Shown in pieces: positions 13,604 to 27,369 of a stretch of DNA of 64,000 bases. Made by a program: the position numbers and the translations under genes. The notes beneath the pieces are model-generated. The model ran no database searches and was not told the DNA's origin. It saw only the letters and a program-made list of their open reading frames with translations. Source of the DNA: the human T2T-CHM13v2.0 reference genome, Homo sapiens; NCBI RefSeq assembly GCF_009914755.1, contig NC_060937.1. The stretch is one strand, 5' to 3'. Each line of letters begins with the position of its first letter. Within the stretch, counting starts at the first letter, position 1.

Positions 13604-13702
13604 AATTAAAAGTTTAGGTGTTCAAAGCAAGTAGTTGAGTGCTCATTTTCCAAAATATCATTTTTACTTACTGCATGGGCCACAAAAGTCAATTAAGCCT
13701 TC

Positions 13703-14065
13703 TGATATGGATTGGCTGTTTCCCCATCCAAATCTCATCTTGAGTTACAGTTTCCATAATCCCCATGTGTCATGGGAAGGGCCAGGAGGAGATAATTGAA
13801 TCATGGGGGAGGTTTCCCCCATCGTGTTCTTGTGATAATGAATTAATCTCATGAGATCTGATGGTTTTATAAGCATCTGGCATTTTCCCTAATTTCACTT
13901 CTTTCTGTCATCATGTGAAGAAGGATGTGTTTGCTGGTCCTTCCGCCATAATTGTAAGTTCCCTGAGGCCTCCCTTGCCATGTGGAACTGTGGTAAAACT
14001 CTTTCCTTTATAATTTACCCAGTCTCCTGACGTCCCTTATAGTAGCATGAGAACTGACTAGTACA
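13703..14065 (+). mobile_element. THE1 (C/D-like) MaLR solo LTR inserted in a MIR
   Basis: tgatatgg...ccaaatctcatcttga...ctcatgagatctgatggttttataag...gaactgactagtaca; 5-bp TSD ccttc/tcttc. Confidence 0.9.
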
Positions 14066-14194
14066 TCTTCTGAACCTCATTCTACACTCATACAATGGAA
14101 ATAATAATGCTTATTAAATATAAAAAAGTTCTTTAAACGTTATTGTAAATGTCATTGTTATTGTCATTATTGTTGACAGTATTATTATAAGAAA

Positions 14195-14270
14195 CCTGGG
14201 TGTGGTGGCTCATACCTGTAATCCCAGCACTTTGGGAGGCCAAGGTGGAAAGATCACTTGAGGCCAAGAA
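14195..14270 (+). mobile_element. Alu left-monomer fragment (FLAM/AluJ)
   Basis: ctgggtgtggtggctcatacctgtaatcccagcactttgggaggccaagg...gatcacttgaggcca. Confidence 0.85.
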
Positions 14271-14274
14271 TACT

Positions 14275-14525
14275 TCTTCTTAGGCCTTTCCAGAAACCCT
14301 TTAAAAGGCAGAAACAATCTCATATCAATTTTATGCAATCACCCTGTTTATTTTATTTTGAATGTACGTCAACACCTGTACTCATCTTGTTTGCTTGCTT
14401 TCTTTCTCCCTCTCTTTGTCTCCCATAATATATAAGCCTGGGCCTCTCTTACTGACTGCTGAACTCTCAGTCTCTAGAACATTGCCTGACATGTAACAGG
14501 TGCTAAGTAAATATTTATTGAACAC
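14275..14525 (+). mobile_element. L2 3' end
   Basis: ctagaacattgcctgacatgtaacaggtgctaagtaaatatttattgaa. Confidence 0.7.
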
Positions 14526-14803
14526 TGACCTAGCAAGTTTATACCTACAATTTTCATACGTGACCTGAGATTTAAAAAGTCTCCATGTTAATATATTGTA
14601 GATATATATGTATATATCTATATTTATCTATTTTAATTCATTTGATTAATAATCATCATAGGTATTCATAGAGCAGTTAAACAAGTAATTACCATTATTT
14701 TGCACAGACTGGAAGTTGTCAGTACCAAAGAGGCTAAAGAGAAATCACAGAAAAATTACATTCTGATTAAATGACCATCATATCTCCTTAAGATTTGATT
14801 TTC

Positions 14804-14929
14804 AGCCAGGCATGGTGGCTCACACCTGTAATCCCAGAGCTTTGGGAGGCTGAGGCAGGATGATAACAGGAGGCCAGGAGTTTGAGACCATACTAGGAAA
14901 CATGATGAGACCTCAACCTCCCCCAAAAA
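14804..14929 (+). mobile_element. FLAM_C-like Alu monomer
   Basis: agccaggcatggtggctcacacctgtaatcccag...aggccaggagtttgagacca...aacatgatgagacc. Confidence 0.85.
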
Positions 14930-16011
14930 CTCTACATCTTTTCTCTACCTTTGTTTTGGATTGTCTGTCTATGATAAGCCATTGGATTATATTAGATTTC
15001 ATTTAGAAACCAAATCACATGTTTACTGAGATCTTCAAAGATTTATGAAGGGAAGAGTTCTCAGGGTGGTTCTCAAGATCTGCAGAAGAAACTTTAATGA
15101 TGGAGTAATGTCTAATCTAGGAAATGGATGAAGAGCTGTTGAAATGTGTCATATAACAGCGTATACTTGGAATATTGCCCCAGAATAGCTAAGCATATCA
15201 TGAATAATGGAGCAGATAAATTTACTTAACTGACTAAATCAATCTCAACCATTTTATTGAAATTTTGCACTATAAAAATACAGTTTTTATTTCTGAACAG
15301 AAAATTATGTGGGGAAAGTAAACATATCATTTAATGTAAACAAATAGTAAAGTAGTTTTTTTGCTTATTGAATATTTGAAGCAAGTACACAAGAATAACA
15401 AATTAATAGAATCTGAGCATGAAGCTGAATAAAAGTGAAAGTTTTATTGAAAAGACAGCAACCTGGGGATAATGAATTTAGAGATAAGATTGGGAGAATA
15501 GTCAATGCCTCCAATCTTCATGATAAAAAAAGACCAAATATGCTAGAAAAAAGTATTTATAATTTTATTTTTGTTTAAAAAGAAAAGATGTGTGAGGAAA
15601 AATAAGATATTTATATTAATGTATTTTTTCATAAAATATGAACATTTTAAGGCCAAAAACTGTATTTGATAAATCAAAGAATCGTTCTTGAGAACATGTT
15701 GTGAAAAGTATTCTGAAAAAATAATTTCATAACTGATAGATTAATTTTCCTGTTAGAATCTAATTTTGACATTTGTCTTAAAATTTTGTAATATGACTGC
15801 CTCATTTCTCCCATTTTCTATATGTTGAGAATAGCAACTGCTGATAATTACATGTTATGCAGAATTTTCAGTAGTGACTCAGATACTAATTACTGTGCAA
15901 AAAATGGAATTGTAAGGAGGGAGAATACAGTGTCACTTTTTAATAACAGAAAATCGACTGAATTATTTGTTTGCTTCTTGAAACTGAAAAAAAGTTAATT
16001 TATTTTCTTTC

Positions 16012-16303
<292 letters not shown>

Positions 16304-16433
16304 AAAAAAAAAAGTTATTTTCTTATTATAAACAAATACAGGGAATTTGAATGATTAAGTTTCAAAGTCAAATTTATACTTAATCTCACTAACGAAAACA
16401 GCTTATGATAATGTCTGTCTGAATTTATACTTA

Positions 16434-16733
<300 letters not shown>

Positions 16734-17185
16734 TTAATATTATACTGTAAAAATTCTCTATGACCTAAGGTAGTATTTTAAAAATGTTTGTGGGTGATAA
16801 ATTTTTCATTTTATAAATTTATTGCATGCATTTAGTCTTCTTTTAGTAAATCTTAATTGGCTCTTCATTTTTATAAATAAGGCTGTGGTAAATATCTCTG
16901 CATATCATCCAGTTAATACACTTCATTTTGCTGGGTTAGATTGGGTATGTGTCAGTTCTTTTATTAGCGTATACATTCATTTCTCACAAATATGACTACC
17001 CAGAAGAGAAAATTAATTGATTTATATGGTAACATCTTTCTAAGGAAATGAAAATTATCTGGAAGAAAATAAATATTATACTTACTTCTAACACCCAGTG
17101 ATAACTGATATTACTAATCAGATGTGTTTTTATACACAAATAATTTTCACCCAACATAAATAACTGAATATTAAGATGGTATTAA

Positions 17186-18836
17186 TATTACAGAATCCTT
17201 AAAGTGTCACTTTTCCAGCTGGAAACCTCTGTGGCCTGTGGTGCCTTTGCCCAAGTTTTGCCCAGTCCTGCAGGGCTCATTTCGCCCACTCAGCCTGACA
17301 GACTGTGCTTGGCTCCTACTACCAAGATCCATGCCTACCAAAAGCGAGCCAAGCATGGAGTGGCAAGGGGTGTGTGAGTGAGCAAGTGTGTGGTCCAGTC
17401 ACTGTGCCCAGCCAGGCATGCCAGCTGCTGTGGCAGGGTGAGCAGCTCCAAGCACCACCACAGGTGCTGACTCTGTGCAAGGCTGTGGCTGGATCAGATG
17501 TACCACAAGTGGCTTCTGCTGTGGGAACCAACATCTGGACGAGGGGAACATGGAGGCACCTGGGAGCTTGCAAGATGCCAGGAACCACAGAGCCCCAAAG
17601 AGAGTGTTTCAGCCCTGGCTCAGGAAGCTCCTTAGTCGAGGCTCCACAAAGGGCTGCAGCTCTTCTCTTCTTCTCATTGCCTCCAGCATGGTGAGAGTGG
17701 GGGCATGATTCATCCCTGTTTGTGTTACAACTCTTTCAGTTCAACCCTTTGGCGGGTCATCCATTCCCAAGTCCTTGTCCAGGAAAAATGAGGTACATGG
17801 ACAACTGGAGGATGAGCAAGGCAGAGAGGTGCTTTATTGTGTGACAGAACAGCTCTCAGGAGAGGAGACGCATAGTGGGTAGCTCCTTTCTGCAGGCAGG
17901 TCATCCCACCAAGTGTCAAGCTCTCAGCAGAGAGGAGACCTGTAACGGGTAGTCCCTCTCTACAGGCAGGTCATCCCAGCAAGTGTGTAGCTCTTGGTGG
18001 AGAGAAAATCCGCAGGGAGAGTTCGTTTCTGCAGGGAGGTTGTCCTGACAAGTGTGTGAGTCTGGGTTTTTTTAATGTGCTCAGAATGGAGGAAGTATAT
18101 GTTGATTGGTCTATGGGCGGCCACAAGTGAGTCTGAAAAGAGCAGTATCTGAATGGCTGAATGATCATCAATGACGTTCTCACTCCAAGGCAAGGACTTC
18201 TCCCGGAACTGGCAACCCAGCTTCCAGGTTTCAGGCCTTCCCTGGCTTGAAGGTGGGGTTTCACTGGGGACTCGCCGCTTCCTGCCTAGGAACCTGTCTG
18301 CCTTTAACATGCCATCAGTGGTGTCCAGGCTGTCCATGCTATGAGGATCCTGCAGTCCAGGACCAAGCTGCCTTCAGCAACCCCTGGACCCCCTACCAAG
18401 CTGGTGAGTGCCCAGAGTTTGGAGAGGGCTGAGGCAGCAGGGGCCTGGTGTGTCAGTGCTGCCCTGAGGGTGCACACACAGAACTGGGTTGCAACAGTGT
18501 CCGGGCTCGCCCACAACTTTGCTGTCCCGGGAGAGCTGGGAGTGGGGAGAGGCCAGAGAGAAGGAGCAAGCACTTTCTAGCCAACAAGGACAGGGGGCTT
18601 TCTGGGTCCCCAAGAGCACAGGAATGCCGGCCTGGAGCTGCAGCAGGTTGGCTGTGGCTGTGCCCAGGAGTAGGGGCTCCTGCACCTCCAACTCAGTAGC
18701 GGGCAGGACTCTCACCAATTCCTGGCTCCCTCTGGCTTCACGGAGCCCACAGCCCCAGCTGTGCCTCCCCAGCTGTGCCTCCCCCGCTGCAGCCAGGGTC
18801 CTCTCAGCGGCTGCTCCAAGTGAGTCATTGCCACCA
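17186..18836 (-). mobile_element. MER52-like ERV1 solo LTR (~1.65 kb, GC-rich)
   Basis: ttacagaatcctt..gtgtcacttttccagctggaaacctctgtggcc...; minus-strand AATAAA (ctttatt ~17832); internal repeats gcaggcaggtcatccca/ctctcagcagagaggagac; CpG-depleted. Confidence 0.8.
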
Positions 18837-19127
18837 TGATGAAGACTAGACTTAGACATCATTAGACTTCAGAAATAAAATCAAATGTATTCTATGCCAT
18901 TATTTATTTAGAAGGGCAGCAAGAATTATGACCGCTGCTCTAAGTAAGAAGTCTAAAAACGATTCTGTCTGTAGTCGAATCGATAAAATAATTAGCGCAA
19001 TCCTTCCCTCCCTCCCTTGTCTTTATTCCCATTGTAATCTTCATCCTAATTCATTCATTTATTTATTTATTTTAATCGGGCTGTGGTCTTCTGAGTGAAG
19101 ATTTTTTGTGGTTTTCTCATTATTTAA

Positions 19128-19469
<342 letters not shown>

Positions 19470-20892
19470 AATAGTTGTTCTTTAATTACACTCAAGTCCA
19501 GTAGTCATTTGCTATAACTAGTTTGTCAAAATTTAGTGTAAAAAAAGGTCAGCTTAATGTATTAGATTATCACAATGAAAATGTGATAATTACATCATCA
19601 CAATGAAAATACACAATGGGAAAAAATTAAATGGGTTTGTAAGGAACATAAAATGATTTAAATTAACCTAGAAACCTAGAATGCTTTAATTGTATCAATG
19701 TCTTTGAATGCAATGACTTCTCTGTTAAAGACTTCACACATATAAAAAATAAAAGTTGAAACCTTACATTATATTTTAAAGGCTCTATTAATATCAGTAA
19801 ACATAAGATTTTTAAAAGGCCAATGAAACAAATGGCTCTTAGATTTTTTTCATGGAAAGCTGCAAAAATAAGGACTTTTCCAACTGTATAATTATATACC
19901 CCACTATAATTTTTTCCTTATTTTACAAAGGAAGAATGCCATTAAATAAAATGATAAACAATCATGTCTTTAAAAATATTTTGATAAAATGTGCCAAATA
20001 TAACTTTTGCTTCATCTAAATGCACACAAACATCTAAAGTTGGATAGCTTTGAGATAATCTTGTAGTAAGTATGAGGAATGGCTGGTGCGCAAGAATTGT
20101 TTAAGACTGGAACTATATTGAATTGTTTAAGTCTGGAAGGTATATTGGAGAAAGAAAAAAATCATGAAGGCTACAGAGAAAAATATTGTGGATAATATGT
20201 ATCCTTTGGAGCCCTTCCTTTTTAATTTACTTTTATTTTTATTTTCTTATTACTTTCCCAAAACCTTGTTGTGATTCTCCTTCCATTCTGAATAGCTATC
20301 TAAGAGAGCTAGAAAATTATACTTTCAATATGAATAGTTGTATATGAAACTTACAGTCATATATTATTTGTTTAAGTATAGCTCTTGGGTAAAACAAAAA
20401 AGAATATCTATAGCTGAATCAAATTCCTGTCTAACTGTGATTTGGGCAAAATCTTAAGCTCAGTTTTTTAACTTTATTTTTGGTCCATCTTGATTATAAT
20501 TCTATTTTGCATGGGCCTTGTGAGTTCCAGGTACCTATATAGTGCCATGATATTACCATAATGTGTAGCTAGGTCTCAGGACAGGGCAACTTTGGCTTTC
20601 TCTCGATAACATCCTCTGGAAATCTGTCCATGCTTCCAGATGATTTAAATCATGCAATTCACTCTTATTGTGTCTATTCTTTTTGTTCCAGCTCCATATT
20701 TTTCTTGTTAGTTCTGACCTCCTTCTGAACTATTGTTGGGCATAGAAAAAATGCATTTTTTAAAATCATCTTAGGACAGCAAATAACATCTGCAAATTTT
20801 TCTAAGCCCTCTCTGCCTGAACACACAAAAAACTCATTTACATTCCAGTTGGTGCAAGATGGCTTAAAAAACAATACTTCTTGCCTTTTCAG

Positions 20893-21246
20893 GTATCTAG
20901 TCTGGGCTACTATAACCAAATACCATAAACTGGGTAAATTACAACCAACAGAATTTTTCTTAGTTTGAAGGCTGGAAAGTCCAAGGTCCAGAAGCCAGAA
21001 CATTTGGTGTTTGGTGAGGGCCCAGTTTCTGGTTTATAGATGGTTTTTCCAGCTGAGCCCTCACACGGTAGAAGAGAAAAGGCAGCTCTCTTGGACCTCT
21101 TTCATTAGGATACTCATCTCATTCATGAGAGCTCCATCCTCATGACCTATTTACCTCCTGAATATCCTGAATTTTAATACCATAGCATTGGTGGTTAGGT
21201 TTCAACTTAGGAACTTTGGAGAAACACAGACATTTAGACCACAGCA
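20893..21246 (-). mobile_element. MLT1A-like MaLR solo LTR
   Basis: gggctactataaccaaataccataaactgggt...gaaggctggaaagtccaag...ttcatgagagctccatcctcatgacc...acatttagaccacagca. Confidence 0.85.
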
Positions 21247-21789
21247 CCGGGGTTCAACCAAGAGATAAAAAACACATTCATTTGCAAACTCTTAAGCTTA
21301 TCTAAAGGTGTTTTCTTCTCCCACCCCTCATAATTTAGACTGGAGTGGATTCAGGGCTAGGGCCCTTTCTTAGACTCAACAGCTCTCCTCCTTTTTTTCT
21401 TTTTTTTTTTTTTTGATAAAGCTGATAAAGTGACCTGAGTGGGGATTGTCTCTTACCAATCACGTATGATTCTATCCATATTTTAAGCTATAATCTTTAT
21501 TCACTGAGTACTTCAAGTCTCTAGTTGAGTGATGTATATAACATTTTTCTTCTCAACTTTTGTTACAGCTGTAAATTTCAAAGAATTATTTTGAAGTTCA
21601 AAATCCATGAAATGATTTCTTTGTTTTGCTTTCTCTTACTTTTGTATTCTTCTTTATCTTGAGGTAATGAATGCCACTATTAATGTATAAAAAAAATGAA
21701 GCAAGTTATTAGGAACAAAAAACATATTTGTTAATATATGAAGTTTGTACTACTGAATGACAGTATAAGTTAATAAAACTCTATGGGTT

Positions 21790-24700
21790 TAATTCCCCCT
21801 ATGAATGATGTCTCAGATTCACCAACCTTGGGCTCTTTAGCTATGTTCAGGAGGCAGACTAAGTTCTCCTTGGACAAGCAGTGCTGTCTACTCATTTAGA
21901 TTGTCTATTATTAAAGAGGCTATTTCAACTTGGTGGTTCAAATAAATAGTGCCAATTTTATTCAAAATGAAGTCGGCAGACAACCAAAATAATATATCCT
22001 GAGTTCTGGAGATAAGTTGTTGATAACAACTGGCTGGCTCCATCTGATATGGATGTTTATATGTCAAGACCATCTCAGAAGGAATTTACTTACTCAGATT
22101 CCTGATCTAGAATCCACTCCAAAGGATTTATGAAATTGTCTCTTACCTAGATTGCACAGTTGGCATCACAGAGAGAGGGTGAAAAGAAAATGAAGGAGAT
22201 GTGTGAAGTCATTTTATACCTGTACCATCTCTTAACCTGATGCATTATATTCGATTCTATAACTTCAGAATTCTAGACTTCAAGAAACTAAAAATACAGG
22301 TCAAAATAAAATCTAGATAAATAGACACTAGATACATAAGACTACATCTCTTTATTCTGACCATGAAAAATTTTCTATGCATTTATCTTTATCTGAATAC
22401 TGTAAATGTTTAAAAATATTTAGGATGAATTTATGGACATCAAAAGGAAGAAAATTCAAAAGATAAATTTAGCAAACAATCCCAGTATTATACAGGCCTG
22501 TATTTGATTGTATTAAATGAAATAAAGAATGTGGAAAGAATTGTACCTAGGGGAGAACAGGACTGTCTGTTGCTCTTCATAAGCATGATATTCAAAAGTG
22601 ACGCCTTCTAATCCATCTAAAAGAAATGTGCTGAAATGACATGATTTCATATTAATGGGACATACTACAGAAACGAGTGCAAACAATATGCAGAGAGGAG
22701 ATAGTCATTAGAGAATAGTACTTTTATATGCTCCTTTCCACACCAACTGAAAGCACAGGCTTCAAACTCTACCCAGTTATGCTCCACACATTGATGCTAC
22801 AATCTGTGGCTTCTCATGGGATAAATTAATTCATATCAAATCCATAAAGCTCTATTAAGATGATACTTTTGTTGAATATGTGAATGTGGTTCTGGAAGTT
22901 TGACTTTGTGCTCAACAATTTCCAAATTCTCTAATAGAATTACTAAACCCACAGTGCCCACAGCTCTGCTCAGAGGGAAGTTGGCTCTTTTTGGTGAATT
23001 GCACAAAGTCACTGAACTTTGTAAGAAACATAACAAGTATCACTAACCTAACATAAGCTATATTTTAGTCTTCACAACATAAGCCATGGTAATGAGAGCC
23101 CTACATAAAAAGTAGAGATGGGCTACTAGGATTCAATCTAGGCCTTTCATGAGTTTCATCCTTACATGTATTAATAGCTGGCTTATTAAGTGGGAGTCCC
23201 AATTATAGAGTTGGTCACAGCTATTTGTGGGGATACACTAGTTTCATAGACTCTAACTCCATTTGCATTCTCACATTTGTGATAGCTTATCACTTTCTTT
23301 CCTTGGGAAAATGACGGAAGGTTAATGTCGTGGACACTGTAGCTGACATTGCTATGGGACTACAAGGAAAACGGAGAAATTATCATAGTTGCAAAATTTG
23401 TACTGAACCTAATACTTATTAGTACTGTTTCCTAGGCCACAGCAAATGGCCTAACTAAGCAAGTCTTTAATCACTGGAATATGAGTAACAGTTGAACATT
23501 AAAATGAGAGTAATCAACTCAAAAAATGAGCTGCATTCCAAAACATGTAAAAGTTGATTTATAACTGATTCCCCTCCCTCACTTTCTCTCCAAATAACTG
23601 CAAATAATTCTTGAAAATAATTGAACCTAATTATTATTAAGTAGATACCTTAACTAGTCCCAATATCCCACCAGATAACATAGGCATAACAATAGATTCA
23701 TAACAGAGTGAGACAGGAATAGGAAGCTCCTCAAAATGGGTTTGTGTCATCTGTGTGCTTCCGACAAACTACAATGGACTACTCTAAGTGTGCAGCTTCA
23801 AGCAAGTCAAAATGAACTTTGCATGAATTTACACATCTGTGTCTAGGATATCACAAAAGATACACATGTCCCTTCCATATTATGAATTTGTAAATGTAAA
23901 TTTTCACATAATATTTTCTCAAACTGTAATGTGCCTTGTTCCAAAATATAGCATTTTAATATCTCTATTTTTGGTGTGATTACTGAAAATTTTAGTGACA
24001 TGGGTATCACATCATCTACTGTGATTAAGTCATCAATGTAGAGTCGCATCAGTCTGAAACAGAACTAAAAAAGGCATTCACTAAAAATTTTATCTCATCT
24101 ACTCTCTAAAAGATAAGAGAATGGTAAAACAGAATGGTGTGCTTAAAAATGTAGTCTCTATTCTGAGAAAATGAAAATTTTAGAGGGTCTATTAGAAGAT
24201 TTTTATTCCACAGAACCATTTCTTAAGATCAGGAAACTCCACGGATTTGTTTCAGTCACTACATCCCTTTATAAGTAAAATAAGAGGAGGCTTATAAGGG
24301 CCCCTAAATCTCATACTTCAGATTGTATCTAAGATATCTTTAGAAAGACCTGTCTTTATCTCCCAAAATGGAAATGGCTTCAAGGCTAGTGCTGTCATTC
24401 CAAAGAACGAAACAGATGAGCTCTTGACTGGATGAACATTATGTAATTGGATAAAATAATCGTGGAGAAAGTTTGAGAGATACAGAAGTAGTGGCAGCTT
24501 TGCATTAGCAAGGGTATCTCTGTGTATAATGGTGCCCTTGGGACTCCACTGGGAGTCAACATATGTCGATTCCTGACTTTCACTATATTCAGGCACCCCC
24601 ATAAAATATATTTATCATCCTCAGGTGCCTTGGTAAAGGGAAAATAATGTATCCATTGCACTGGAACCAAAATTAACTTGGAAAGTTGTGCAAAAGACCA

Positions 24701-25000
24701 AGGAAACACTAAAATTATGATATAAATATGAAGGTGGAAAGCAGAGTGTGATTTTTATAACCATTTCAAATCAAAAGTTGAGCAGCTATCTACAAAAATT
24801 ACACTTGAGGAGGTCATTTTCTCCTTCCTGGAAACTGGAAATGAAGTTTAGTCCTGGCCAGAAATGCTTCCTGGGACTATTGCCAGTAACATGACCTTAA
24901 TGAAGTTCAAAACATTTTCCATACATTAATATGAAATAGGGATACTTCCAAGTGGGATTTCCTAACAAATATATGTCCCACACTTGTATTGAAATTGGCC
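21790..25000 (+). mobile_element. highly decayed endogenous retroviral internal region (pol: RT-RNase H-integrase), class III/ERVL-like
   Basis: hand translation: WLAPSD..S.P.SQKEFTYS..KGF..ILYLYHLL in one frame (22031-22234); KYLG 22414; AQ..EL 23001; WLIKWES/NYRVGHSYLWG 23179-23233; CKIC 23390; VKVDL*LIPLP 23547; VDTLTS 23641; GIH*KFYLIY..MVKQNGVLK 24073-24147. Confidence 0.65.
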
Positions 25001-25599
25001 CAAAATCAGTCTAATATACCAAAAATTAAATAGGACATGGGATGCCTTGGGACTTCAATCCATTGCTCATTCTTCCTAGACCAAATTCATTTAAGCATTA
25101 TAACCTAAGTCAAAGAGACTACATAAAGTAGGTTATTTTATTGCAAATTAGTTATTATGTACAGTGGAGGAGAAATGTGAAGTTTCACTGCAAATACTAT
25201 TGAATAATTAACACTCAAACTCTGACCTTATGAAACAAACTCCTCTTGTAGGTCTGTTGCATAAACTAAACAAACAAACAAACAAAAACAAAACACAGTG
25301 CAAGCTGTGTTACTGGAGCCAGTTAGGAGTGTTCACTCCTGGAGGAGGAAGCTCATCTTTTGCAGTCTAATCCACACATTCATTCTGATACCATCTGCCC
25401 CACTATTTTTGAATAACAAAGGCCACCGGGAAATTTTTTTTAAAGGCCTATTTCTTACCTCCAGGAGGAGGAAGAGAAAAGCACCACACCTGTTGGAAGC
25501 AGATGCAATGTGAATCTTGAGGAGTGAAAACAATTTTGCTCTAGATTGTCTTTTAAGATTGGTATATTAATAGCCTCTAACAAAATGATCCAGTTATGT

Positions 25600-27150
25600 T
25601 GAGCTCTCATTCCTGGAAGAAAAATAACTGGCTAGAAAACACACAAAATAAATGCAAAAGAGGAAGATAAGATCTGAATATCATGGTAAAAGAAATAGAT
25701 ATCTGGTGCCCCGGTGCCTACAAGGCAGAAACAGGAAGAAGCCTACCCACAGAGGTATATCATGGCCGACTTCAAATACCGGTGTCTGTATAGAACCTAA
25801 ATGATGGGAAATTTAAAATACTTTTGATGATTTGTTCTGGAAAAATAGATAGGAATATGTTATTTTTTCTAATTAAATACTACTAAATGCTAGGTATAAT
25901 AGATGAAAGATTTAATGCAGAGCTGGACTCGCATAAACTAAGAGAAATCCATAGTGAGACATAAAATGTCATAAACATGTAAACTACTGCTGGAATAGGG
26001 CCGAGAGTGAAATCATTAGATATGGTAATGTTGAGGATCTAGGGTATTTATGATTATGAGATCGGAGAAAAGGCCTTGGGAATTTGAGGCTTAAAGTTAG
26101 AACTTACACTTTCTTCAAGGACTATAAATGGTGAAATAATGTCTGGCTACTAGCATAGCAATATGAAAAACAAGCTTATTTTTGCTTGGACTTTGGGGAA
26201 AGAATAAATATGTCCCCTGAGATATCATAATCTTGAGTCTGTGCTTTGCATTCATTTATAGTTTGAAATTGGATATGCTTCTGGGTGTACAATTTAAAAG
26301 TTAACATGAAAAGCCTGGAATGTCTGGAAGAAGAAAATACAGAATGCTATTGAAAGACAATCTCACAACCAAGCAACATGGGCTGAATATAGATGTAAGA
26401 ATAGCCCCACTGAAGATGAGCTCAGAATGAAAACACTTAAAATTCATAAGAAATAATTAACCATGAGTGAGGTAAGAGTCAATTGAACAAGATGAATCAT
26501 ACTTTAAATAGTTTAGATAATAGAAAAGTTTAATTAAAAATGAAAGTAAAAATAACAATTTTAAAATAATTTAATATATAAATACAAAACAAAAAAAATT
26601 AAGGTTATATAAAAGAAACATCAAGTTTGAAAATCATAAACAAATGAAACTTCCAGATGTATATAATCATTAAATTGAAAATTTAATAGACCGAAAAATT
26701 AGATGAAATAAAGCTAAATAAATCAAAATATGAAAGATAATATAACTTAATGTTAAAATACAAAGCTGAAAAATGCAGAGTTGAAAAATATGAATGCAAG
26801 ATTAAGACATTCAAAAGAGGGAGGCCTAGATAACTTCAGAAGTAATAAAGAGAAAAAGAAGTCGCTATGCAAAATTATATGTGAGAAATATAAAAAATAA
26901 TTCTTTGAGAAGTCCAAATTGACACCAGGAAATAATAAATTTAAAAAAATCAAATCTAGTCGCATCAGATTGAAACTGCATTGTCCCGCAAAAAAAGACA
27001 CCCAGTTTAAAAAAAAAAATCATAGAATGAAACAAAGGAAAAGATGCATCGTGTACATAGAAACAACGGTTTTTTTCAAAGGCAACAATGAAAACCAGAA
27101 TATATTGACTTCCAAGTGCAGTGCAAAAATAACTTCTGAAGAATAAAAGA
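25600..27150 (+). mobile_element. old L1/HAL1-like 5' and ORF1 region
   Basis: A-rich strand with ORF1-like phrases (gaaacttccaga, gaaaatttaatagac, aagattaagaca, aaatctagtcgcatcagattgaaactgc). Confidence 0.5.
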
Positions 27151-27369
27151 AAACTTTACATATGACACAAATGTTTTATACATCTGTGAGCATATTAAGA
27201 GATGTTCCATAAATGTGGATGTGGTTTATATATAGTAGAGACATAGTTCCTGCACTAACAGAGCTTATAATCTGCTGAGGGATCATATGGTAAAATTATA
27301 TTTCGTTTTTGATAAATAGCTACACTGCACCTAAAGTGTCTGTACTAGTTTACATTCCCACCATTTTAC

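Noticed and set aside
17305-18862. Dense overlapping ORFs and high GC suggesting a gene or CpG island
   Set aside because: Entirely within a MER52-like LTR; CpG-depleted, ORFs on both strands with no protein family motifs.
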